In this document: in pieces, positions 9,515-17,729 of the stretch | How positions within the stretch are numbered: the first letter of the stretch is position 1 | How the letters are laid out: each line of letters opens with the position of its first letter | Assembly: GCA_040222015.1 (NCBI GenBank) | Contig: JAVJWO010000162.1 | Location: 1-63,127 of the forward strand | Length of the DNA: 63,127 nucleotides | From: Coleofasciculus chthonoplastes F2-STO-03 | Lineage (GTDB): Bacteria > Cyanobacteriota > Cyanobacteriia > Cyanobacteriales > Coleofasciculaceae | Reading direction: 5' to 3' | Position numbers and translations under genes: made by a program | The notes under the pieces: generated by a model | What the model was told of the DNA's origin: nothing | The model's input: the letters and a program-made list of their open reading frames with translations, nothing else | Database searches by the model: none

Positions 9515-11032
9515 ATGCACCTGCAACGAATTCGAGTTCCTGATTTCCGGGTTTTAAAGGATGTTGACATTACCTTTGAAAAGGATTTTGTTCCCAGAAT
9601 TTTTCCCTTGGGCAGTCTAAATGGCGGTGGTAAGAGTACACTCCTGCAATTGATTTTTACTCTCCTTCACTGTTCGACTGATCCAGAAAGAAAACCTTTT
9701 TTGCAAAATCTTATACATGGATTCAAACTGCGTGATGATTCTCCTAAGAGAACTTTGGCTATAATTGATATCTGGGATAACAACCAAGTTGTCAATCTGG
9801 AATTCTTCTCTTGTAAAGATTCTTATATTCAAGAATTATTATCCAATGACGTTTCAGAATCAATTGATAATTATAGTTTTAATTTTTCAGCTCCTGGGAA
9901 ATTAGAAGAATTAAATTATAAAACTTCAATCTGGGAAGAAATCAATAAATTAGGGAAATTTCTTAGAGAGTCAAATTCAACTGACCAGCAAAATTCGATA
10001 ATACAACAAGTTAAACTATTAATAGAGCAAATTAAACAAAAGCAGCTTTTTTTTAAAGACTTTATTGACATAGATGAGAAAAATAACATTATTTTAAAAA
10101 CCAAAAATCAGAATGAACAATTGATAGAAGTTTTAGAGCTTGCAGATTTAAAAAAAAGCGCCAACACCTATAATCAAATTATCACTTTTTATTATAATTT
10201 AATTAAATCAATGGAGTCTGTGGCGGAAGTAGTTATGGAGTATATAAATTCAAAAAATTGGATTTTTATATCGAGTTATAAAATTAGCGAAAAAGAAGAA
10301 AATGACCAAAATGTTTTACTTTGCCACATTAAAGGTCTAAATATGTCCGAAATTTTAGAAAAAAAATCATTTTTAAAAAATCTATCACAAAAAACATTTA
10401 TTGCCGCTCCTTCAACTCAAGTATTTCTATTTATTGATCAAGAAAAGCGAAATTTATTATTTAAAAGTAAAGCGATTGAAGATGAGGATTATTACTCGCA
10501 ACTTAAAACTGCAAAATCTCGACTTCGGAATTTATTTACTTATGATTTTTTAGCTGTAGATATTCTGATACAAGCCTTTAAAGATGCTTTTGAGCAAGAT
10601 GTAACAGAAGTCGTAGAAACAGGAAAATATGGAAATAATTATCATAATTTGAAAAATGAATTAAACCAGATGTTATTTAATAAAAAAATAAACATCGATC
10701 AAGACCTTTCTGGAGTGAACTTTACATTAGATAGGAACGGTGAGACTATTGAACTATCTCCCGAAGACCTTAGCCATGGAGAGTTGAAACGGTTAAGCAT
10801 TTATATGTGGCTCAAACATCATAATATAGAAGATGCTATTGTATTAATGGATGAAATAGAAATCGCATTCCACCCCGATTGGCAATATCAAATTATTTCA
10901 GATTTGCAAGAATGGGTACCGAATAATCAATATATTCTGGCAACCCACTCTTATGAACTCTGCCAAGCCCTGACTCCTGCCCATGTTAAAGAATTAGAAC
11001 CTAAACTTATCAAGCAAGACCCCGAAAACTAG
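9515..11032 (+). CDS. ABC-type ATPase (AAA_21/AbiEii/AriA-like)
   Basis: Walker A GSLNGGGKST, signature LSHGE, Walker B IVLMDEIE, HPDWQ, ATHS; AT-rich variable insert; no TM partner. Confidence 0.85.
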   Translation: MHLQRIRVPDFRVLKDVDITFEKDFVPRIFPLGSLNGGGKSTLLQLIFTLLHCSTDPERKPFLQNLIHGFKLRDDSPKRTLAIIDIWDNNQVVNLEFFSCKDSYIQELLSNDVSESIDNYSFNFSAPGKLEELNYKTSIWEEINKLGKFLRESNSTDQQNSIIQQVKLLIEQIKQKQLFFKDFIDIDEKNNIILKTKNQNEQLIEVLELADLKKSANTYNQIITFYYNLIKSMESVAEVVMEYINSKNWIFISSYKISEKEENDQNVLLCHIKGLNMSEILEKKSFLKNLSQKTFIAAPSTQVFLFIDQEKRNLLFKSKAIEDEDYYSQLKTAKSRLRNLFTYDFLAVDILIQAFKDAFEQDVTEVVETGKYGNNYHNLKNELNQMLFNKKINIDQDLSGVNFTLDRNGETIELSPEDLSHGELKRLSIYMWLKHHNIEDAIVLMDEIEIAFHPDWQYQIISDLQEWVPNNQYILATHSYELCQALTPAHVKELEPKLIKQDPEN

Positions 11033-11034
11033 AA

Positions 11035-12012
11035 ATGAGTTTCAGTCCAGAACAGTTACAACGCCACTGTGAAATAATTCTTAGTTATCGCAGAATCCGG
11101 AATAAAATAGTTGTTCTTTGTGAAGGTAAAGGGGGTATTTGGGAGCTTCAGGGTAAACCATCACCACAATCTTATCGAAGAATGGCACAAATGCCAGATG
11201 CTAACTTTTATAATGCCTGTGTTCCTAAGTGGTGGCGGAACTATCGACCCGAATTTTTTAATTGTGGCGATCGAACAGATGTACTCGATACTTACTTCAC
11301 GTTATTAGAGTTACATAAAGACAACAGCGATAACTCCTATTTAAGTCCAGAAAAGCTGTTTGCGATTGTTGATTTAGATTTGCACCCTAAAATGATTGAT
11401 AATTATTTGTTCCCAGACACAGAGGCAATTTTTCAGGATTTGTATGAACAAGCAAAGGTCAATCCTAAAAATGCAATAAATCATCGGATCTGGGTGACAG
11501 GGTTTATCTATAAGGAGTCTTACTTTCTGTTCCCGGAACTCCAACCCGTATTTGATAACTTTTCTGCTACTCCAATTTATAAAGATAATCCTGCTTTGCT
11601 GAAAAAGATTTATCTTGATATGGCAGATGGAATCAGTAATGATGCTAATTTGCGAGATAACTTACAACGAGCATCAGAACGTCTTCTCTACTGTTCTGGA
11701 TTAGATTGCCAGGGAGTCAATGAGTTGCGAGATTCCTGGAAAGATGAGTTTCAAAACGCCCCTGATGATCAGCGGAAGCAGGAGTTGATTTTTGCCCTAT
11801 TGACGATTAAACAAGTAAAGGAATACTGGAAAAAAATACATCCGCCTGATGATTGGAGTCGCTCAAGTGAGGATGATCGAGGTGAAATATATCGAGATCA
11901 ACTTTCTTTGGAAATAGGGCGATTTTATGCCGAAAAAAGTAGTGATGTTCAATATCATCTTCCGTTTTTCTTGAAAACCTTATATGAAAAGGATTGTCAA
12001 CAGCGCGGTTAA
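11035..12012 (+). CDS. Hypothetical protein with TOPRIM-like (DUF4435/RloB/AriB-like) motifs
   Basis: VVLCEG...DANFY...CGDR...AIVDLD...KESY pattern; starts 2 nt after the ATPase stop. Confidence 0.6.
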   Translation: MSFSPEQLQRHCEIILSYRRIRNKIVVLCEGKGGIWELQGKPSPQSYRRMAQMPDANFYNACVPKWWRNYRPEFFNCGDRTDVLDTYFTLLELHKDNSDNSYLSPEKLFAIVDLDLHPKMIDNYLFPDTEAIFQDLYEQAKVNPKNAINHRIWVTGFIYKESYFLFPELQPVFDNFSATPIYKDNPALLKKIYLDMADGISNDANLRDNLQRASERLLYCSGLDCQGVNELRDSWKDEFQNAPDDQRKQELIFALLTIKQVKEYWKKIHPPDDWSRSSEDDRGEIYRDQLSLEIGRFYAEKSSDVQYHLPFFLKTLYEKDCQQRG

Positions 12013-12293
12013 CCAGGTATCTGATGATAAGAAAACATCATTCAATGGTGGGGGTGCATGTCAACTTGGTAGGGGCGCACTGACGTGCGCCCGATTTAAC
12101 GGTAAAATCTATTCCACAATTTTAGCTGGGTTACGCCACACCTAAGCAAGATGGATTAGCATTATGCAAAAGAAACCCGTACAATTAAGGGCTAAAGCCC
12201 TTACTACAAGCCCGCGCGATCGCACACCGTACACAATACCCCGACACTCCTGCTGTTACAATTTTTTTGGGTAAAAAGTTTATAGATTATCCT

Positions 12294-13211
12294 ATGGCAT
12301 CGTTAAAAAACGTTTTAGTATCGGGGATGCTGTTGTTCCTGCTATCTCCCTTAGTGGCTTGTTCCCCAGCTTCTGAAACGGGGAATGAGACAACGGTTGA
12401 ACCCTTAATCGCTGGGGCGATTCCCGATCAAGATCCGGAAAAGTTGCAACGGTTGTATGACAAGTTGGCAAATTACCTGGAAACGGAGTTAGGTGTACCC
12501 GTCGAATATAAACCTGTAACCGACTACGCGGCGGCGGTGACAGCGTTTCGAGTCGGGGATCTCGATCTCGTCTGGTTTGGCGGATTAACTGGCGTACAGG
12601 CGCGATCGCAAGTTGAAGGCGCAGAGGCGATCGCCCAACGGGATATTGATGCTGAATTTACCAGTGTATTTATTGCTAATAAAAATAGTGGACTGCAACC
12701 GATTCAGGATATCCAAGAATTATCCAAATTAAAAGGATCAACCTTTACCTTTGGCAGTGAATCCTCCACATCAGGGCGGTTAATGCCTCAGTATTATCTC
12801 GAACAAGCCGGGGTGACACCAGAGGATTTTCAGGGAGAGGTCGGTTTTTCCGGTTCCCATGATACCACAATTCAACTGGTTGAAGCCGGGAGTTATCAGG
12901 CGGGGGCGTTAAATTCTCAAGTCTGGAAAAGCCGCGTGGAAGCCGGAGACGTGGATTTAAATAAAGTGGATGTGATTTGGGAAACGCCAACCTATTATGA
13001 TTATCATTGGGTGATTCATCCCGATGCCAAGTCACGCTATGGCGAAGATTTTTCCCAGAAAGTGCAAGCCGCCTTACTCAAGCTTGACCCGAATAACCCT
13101 GAACACCAAGAAATTTTAGACTTATTTGGTGCTGATAAATTTATTTCCACAGAAAATTCCAATTACGCTCAAATTGAAGAAGTTGGTCGTCAAATTGGCA
13201 AAATTAAATGA
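12294..13211 (+). CDS. phnD: PhnD-family phosphonate/oxyanion ABC transporter substrate-binding lipoprotein
   Basis: Lipobox LVAC, AIPDQDP, WFGGLTGVQA, STSGRLMP, GSHD. Confidence 0.8.
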   Translation: MASLKNVLVSGMLLFLLSPLVACSPASETGNETTVEPLIAGAIPDQDPEKLQRLYDKLANYLETELGVPVEYKPVTDYAAAVTAFRVGDLDLVWFGGLTGVQARSQVEGAEAIAQRDIDAEFTSVFIANKNSGLQPIQDIQELSKLKGSTFTFGSESSTSGRLMPQYYLEQAGVTPEDFQGEVGFSGSHDTTIQLVEAGSYQAGALNSQVWKSRVEAGDVDLNKVDVIWETPTYYDYHWVIHPDAKSRYGEDFSQKVQAALLKLDPNNPEHQEILDLFGADKFISTENSNYAQIEEVGRQIGKIK

Positions 13212-13957
13212 GCGATTCTTCGCCAATTTTTCAGCTAAAAGGTGTAACCCAGCGATTTGGTCGATTGACTGCCCTAACGGAGATTAATCTCACCCTTTAC
13301 CCTGGGGAAAGGGTGGCGTTAGTCGGGTCAAGTGGGGCGGGAAAAAGCACCCTATTGCGTTTGTTGAATGGGACACTGCAACCAACCCAAGGAGAAATTT
13401 GGGCATTAGGGTATAATCTCTCTCAGCTATCGACTCGGAGATTACGCCAAGTGCAACGGCAAATTGGTACAGTCTATCAGCAGTTTCATTTAGTGGATAA
13501 CTTGCGCGTCATTCACAATGTTAATGCTGGACATTTAGGACGGTGGTCATTGTTTAAAGCCGCTGTATCACTGCTATTTCCGTTAGAGGTAGAAACAGCG
13601 CATCAGGCATTAACTCAGGTGGGCATTTCTGAAAAAATTTACACCCGCACCGATCAACTTTCAGGGGGACAACAGCAAAGAGTAGCATTAGCGCGAGTTC
13701 TGGTACAAAATCCCTTGGCGATTTTAGCCGATGAACCCATTTCTAGTCTTGATCCGGAGTTGAGTCGAGAGGTAATAGAGTTACTGTGTCAGATGAGTGA
13801 ACAGGGGGGTAAAACTTTGGTGACTAGCCTGCATTCAGTTGACTTTGCCCTGAGGTATTATCAACGCATGATTGGATTAAAAATGGGAAAAATTTTATTT
13901 GATAATTCAGCTACAAATGTTTCGGCAGAAATGATTGATCAGTTGTATAAAACATAA
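13208..13957 (+). CDS. phnC: PhnC-family ABC transporter ATP-binding protein
   Basis: [34 protein letters not shown] overlap with the phnD stop. Confidence 0.82.
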   Translation: MSDSSPIFQLKGVTQRFGRLTALTEINLTLYPGERVALVGSSGAGKSTLLRLLNGTLQPTQGEIWALGYNLSQLSTRRLRQVQRQIGTVYQQFHLVDNLRVIHNVNAGHLGRWSLFKAAVSLLFPLEVETAHQALTQVGISEKIYTRTDQLSGGQQQRVALARVLVQNPLAILADEPISSLDPELSREVIELLCQMSEQGGKTLVTSLHSVDFALRYYQRMIGLKMGKILFDNSATNVSAEMIDQLYKT

Positions 13958-14085
13958 TATAGCAACCGTTATAGCTGTTAGGACACATCATTTATGTTCC
14001 AGACGTTGCATACATATGTAGAGACGTTGCATGCAACGTCTCTACAATGGTGCCGAAAGTCCTAATCGATGTGTCTACTGCTATA
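13958..14085. mobile_element. TATAGCA...TGCTATA-ended MITE-like element with a nested REP palindrome
   Basis: Terminal inverted TATAGCA and internal TAGGAC/GTCCTA; perfect palindrome GTAGAGACGTTGCATGCAACGTCTCTAC at 14018-14045. Confidence 0.6.
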
Positions 14086-14111
14086 TCATAAATTACATTA
14101 TACTTAAGCCC

Positions 14112-16262
14112 CTAAGCCTCTTGCTTCAGTACCACTAAGGTAATATCATCAAAAACTTTTTGCTTACCAATAAAGTGCCGCAGATTATCAATAATCGCAT
14201 CTTTCATGGCTGCGGCGGATTTATCCCAGTTTTGACGAATCACATCACACAATCGCTCTAACCCATATTGTTCGTTTTCCATATTTTCAGCTTCAGGAAT
14301 GCCATCGGTATAGAGGACAATGCTGTCACCGGGTTGTAATTCAATTAACGCCCGATCAATAAAATCCGCAATGTCATCATCTAAGGCAATCGGAAACCCC
14401 AAATCCATGGTATCAATTCGTTCAATAATTCCCCCAGCACGCACCACGATAGATTCTTCATGTTGACCACTGATACTAACTTTGCCATCAGTATAATTAA
14501 GAATGGCTAAGGTCAAGTTGCGATCCGAATTCATCCGTTGCACATTTTTGTAGAGCGTGCGGTTAAGAACATCGAGAAACTTCACGGGATCACGTTCCCG
14601 AATTTCATCAAGGGTGCGAACAACGGTTTGGGTCATCATCATTAAAATACCACTTTCTAACCCATGTCCTGTTACATCTCCGATACCAACAGTAACTACA
14701 TTATCTGTGTAGAGGATGTCGTAGTAATCGCCGCCAACTTCGTCAGCCGGTTCCATAAACCCAGCAATATCCAATCCTTCAATGGCTTCTAATTCATCAG
14801 ATTTGGGGAGGATCATATATTGCAGTTGACGAGCGACGTCAAGTTCAGCACTCATCCGCAGGTTTTCGGCTTTGAGTTGTTCGTTAAGTTGACCAATTTC
14901 CTGATTAGCTTGGGCGAGTTCAGCGGTGCGTTCTTCCACTTTGTCTTCTAAGTTACGGGCATAATCTTCTAATTTTTGATAGGAAATCATCAGATTTTGC
15001 CACAAAACCTGACCGACGCTCAACGTAGCCGCAACAACTACAGCTAATAAAGGCGTAAAGACAGGAACTAACCAACCATAAAGAAAGGCAAAATAGGAAC
15101 TGACAACAATAATTCCGACCGCGACTAATAACCCCAAAAGAGTCATCCAGCGTCGGTGAATATAGAATGAACCAAGTGTGGCACTGTATCCTGACCAAAC
15201 AACAATTATTAGCCAATGTATAGGTTTTGGAGTTGCCCGTAACATGGGACGCCCTGATATAGCGGCGCTGAGAATCTGACTGGTGACATTAGCGTGGATG
15301 ACCACACCGGGCATTAAATCCGTAGGGACAGCTAGATTGCTATTATAAGGAGTAAGATAGTTATCATTAAGACTGGGAGCTTTTGAACCAATAAAAACGA
15401 TGCGATCGCGGAACAAGTTTTCTGGGATGCGGTTCTCCAAAACATCGGTCATGGAAATATGAGGAAAGCGATCCAGTCCGCCGCGATAGTTCACCAGGAT
15501 TTGATACCAACCCAAATCCGATTCTTTGTAGAATCCATCATTTTTGCTTAGGGGGATAAATTTTGCCTGACCTAAACCAAAGATTTGTTTGTCAGCATTG
15601 ATGGCTTCTAGTTCAATCCCTTGGTCTGCCAAATAATCTAAAGCCAGTTTTACGCCAAAGCCTTGCATTAGACCACTCTCAGCTTGACCGAGGACAAGAG
15701 CGCGGCGATTTTTGCCATCGTTATCTAGGAACATATCGTTAGCCGCCACTTGACCTTGATCGGCTAATGTCGGTGGCGGATCGATAGTATTTCCAGCAAT
15801 TTTGTTAATTCCAATTAGGTTTGGGGTGGTTTTAAACACCTCAACCCGTTCTTCATATCCCGGTTCTACGGGTAAATCTCGATAAATATCTAACCCGATC
15901 GCGTTAGGGTTTTGGGCTTTAATATTCCGGATTAGCTGTGCCATGACTTTATCCGCCATGGGCCACTGCACCACATAATCAATATCTTCTTCATCAATCG
16001 TGACGATAGCAATTCGCTCATCAACGGGTTCTTGGGGACGCAGGAGAAAGAATTGATCTAAAATCAACCATTCTAAAACTCGAAAAATTCCCAGATAACT
16101 GCCCGCAATAATAAAACCTGCCACACAAGGCGTAATCAGCAAAACCCCTTGCCAGCGTTTCAATAATGCCTGTAGAGACATGTCAGGGTTCATTTTAATT
16201 GTTGACCCTTCGCTTTGTTCAAGGGTTTGATTTTCAGTTTTGGTTAATGAGTCATCACCCAT
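14112..16262 (-). CDS. CHASE2 sensor - 3 TM - coiled coil - SpoIIE/PP2C (RsbU-like) phosphatase
   Basis: IAIVTIDE...WP, IGLDIYRD, MPGVVIHAN (CHASE2); VGGDYYD, GDVTGHG, YTDG, DDIT (PP2C). Confidence 0.9.
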   Translation of the reverse strand: MGDDSLTKTENQTLEQSEGSTIKMNPDMSLQALLKRWQGVLLITPCVAGFIIAGSYLGIFRVLEWLILDQFFLLRPQEPVDERIAIVTIDEEDIDYVVQWPMADKVMAQLIRNIKAQNPNAIGLDIYRDLPVEPGYEERVEVFKTTPNLIGINKIAGNTIDPPPTLADQGQVAANDMFLDNDGKNRRALVLGQAESGLMQGFGVKLALDYLADQGIELEAINADKQIFGLGQAKFIPLSKNDGFYKESDLGWYQILVNYRGGLDRFPHISMTDVLENRIPENLFRDRIVFIGSKAPSLNDNYLTPYNSNLAVPTDLMPGVVIHANVTSQILSAAISGRPMLRATPKPIHWLIIVVWSGYSATLGSFYIHRRWMTLLGLLVAVGIIVVSSYFAFLYGWLVPVFTPLLAVVVAATLSVGQVLWQNLMISYQKLEDYARNLEDKVEERTAELAQANQEIGQLNEQLKAENLRMSAELDVARQLQYMILPKSDELEAIEGLDIAGFMEPADEVGGDYYDILYTDNVVTVGIGDVTGHGLESGILMMMTQTVVRTLDEIRERDPVKFLDVLNRTLYKNVQRMNSDRNLTLAILNYTDGKVSISGQHEESIVVRAGGIIERIDTMDLGFPIALDDDIADFIDRALIELQPGDSIVLYTDGIPEAENMENEQYGLERLCDVIRQNWDKSAAAMKDAIIDNLRHFIGKQKVFDDITLVVLKQEA

Positions 16263-16429
16263 GTTATATTCGTTTCAACCCTGATCATGTTGTTTTATCC
16301 TTTCAATAAGTAGTGTCGTGGCACACCTTAATTGGTGGATTAGCTTGGGTTCGTAGTAAGGGCTTTAGCCCTCTCCAGCTATGCGTTAAAGCACGCTTTG
16401 TGCTTACTACAAACAAAGCCTCCTGCCTT

Positions 16430-17701
16430 CTAGAAAACAAAAGGTCGAGATGCGATCGCTTCTAGGTCAACTTGTTCTAATAAATCGTGCCATTCGGTAC
16501 TATAGGTTTCATTCTTCGGTTCAGATTGTTGAGCCTCAACTAAAACCTGCAACGTATCATACCAGATCCCTGCCTCGGCATACTTAGTTGCCAACTTCAC
16601 GGGAGATCCGACAAACTCTTGCTCATTGACCGTATTTTCAACCCGCTTTATCCATCCTGTCACGGCATAATTATCGGGTCTCAGAATTCCACCGGGTTCA
16701 ATGGGAGCAAAATACCACAAATAATTCTTATCGATTTCCAATCCCGGTGTGTCTGGGGGTAGAGTAATAGCCATGACTCCACCTTGAGGAGAGACATTGA
16801 GGATGGTGTGGTAATGAGAATTCCCCGCTTCATCTTGGATACTAAAAAAGACCTCCTGTGCGCCAATTGGAGGCAAATAAACATAGATTGTGGGACGAGG
16901 TGAAACGGTGCGTCCATGTTTCGTCGGCGGAACTAATGCTGTAAGTACAGGAATGTCATTGACTGGTTTTGCTTCTGTTGCTAAGGCACCTAACACTTCG
17001 GGAACTGAATCTTGATTAGGGAGAAATAGTTCAACATCACCTCGGATACCCCCACCAGCACTGGTATAGGGGTTTTCCGCGTGAGAGGGTAAGGTTAGTT
17101 CTACCTCGCCTCGGGTTCCCCCAGCTACACCGCTACTAGGTGCAGCACCGCCAGGTAAAGTTAGTTCTACCTCACCTCGGGTTCCCCCAGCTACGCCACT
17201 ACGAGGTGCAGCACCACCAGGTAAAGTTAGTTGTACCTCACCTCGGGTTCCCCCAGCTACGCCACTACGAGGTGCAGAACCACCAGGTAAAGCAAACTGC
17301 ACATCTCCTCTAGTTCCCCCGGCTACACCGCTACGGGGTGCAGAACCACCAGGTAAAGCAAACTGCACATCTCCTCTAGTTCCCCCGGCTACACCGCTAC
17401 GGGGTGCGGAACCACCAGGTAAAGCAAACTGCACATCTCCTCTAGTTCCCCCAGCCACACCACTACGGGGTGCGGAATCTTGAGGAAGACCAAACTGCAC
17501 CTGACCTCGCACACCCCCACCTACACCGCTTTTTGGAACATTATCGTCGGGAAGACTAAAGTCTACACTGATCAGGTTATCGTTGATGGGAGGTTCCGAC
17601 TCTAAGGGGACAAAACCTGCTAAAGCAGCATTGGCTGTTAATAAGAAGATTGTCCCGGTTACTGTAGCGGATAAGAGAGTTTGGCAGATTGCTGGAGTCA
17701 T
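16430..17701 (-). CDS. Secreted DUF928-family protein with eight N-terminal 22-aa tandem repeats
   Basis: Signal peptide ending ANAALA; repeats xVQFxLPxxxAPRSGVAGGTRG; C-terminal ALVP...GRTVSPRPT..YLP...YxW...GWIKR...YAEAGIWYD...W..LL..V.L typical of DUF928. Confidence 0.85.
   Translation of the reverse strand: MTPAICQTLLSATVTGTIFLLTANAALAGFVPLESEPPINDNLISVDFSLPDDNVPKSGVGGGVRGQVQFGLPQDSAPRSGVAGGTRGDVQFALPGGSAPRSGVAGGTRGDVQFALPGGSAPRSGVAGGTRGDVQFALPGGSAPRSGVAGGTRGEVQLTLPGGAAPRSGVAGGTRGEVELTLPGGAAPSSGVAGGTRGEVELTLPSHAENPYTSAGGGIRGDVELFLPNQDSVPEVLGALATEAKPVNDIPVLTALVPPTKHGRTVSPRPTIYVYLPPIGAQEVFFSIQDEAGNSHYHTILNVSPQGGVMAITLPPDTPGLEIDKNYLWYFAPIEPGGILRPDNYAVTGWIKRVENTVNEQEFVGSPVKLATKYAEAGIWYDTLQVLVEAQQSEPKNETYSTEWHDLLEQVDLEAIASRPFVF
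17039..17569 (-). repeat. Intragenic 66-bp tandem repeat (8 units) in the DUF928 gene
   Basis: Near-identical central units with synonymous variation; degenerate terminal units. Confidence 0.93.
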
Positions 17702-17729
17702 GGTCAACTTTCCTTGAATGCTTAATCAC

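Noticed and set aside
9515..12012. Retron or transporter ATPase
   Set aside because: No reverse transcriptase, msr-msd or membrane permease is adjacent
17039..17569. Classical RiPP precursor (microviridin or cyanobactin type)
   Set aside because: No modifying enzymes nearby, a Sec-type signal instead of a RiPP leader, and the repeats are fused to a folded DUF928 domain
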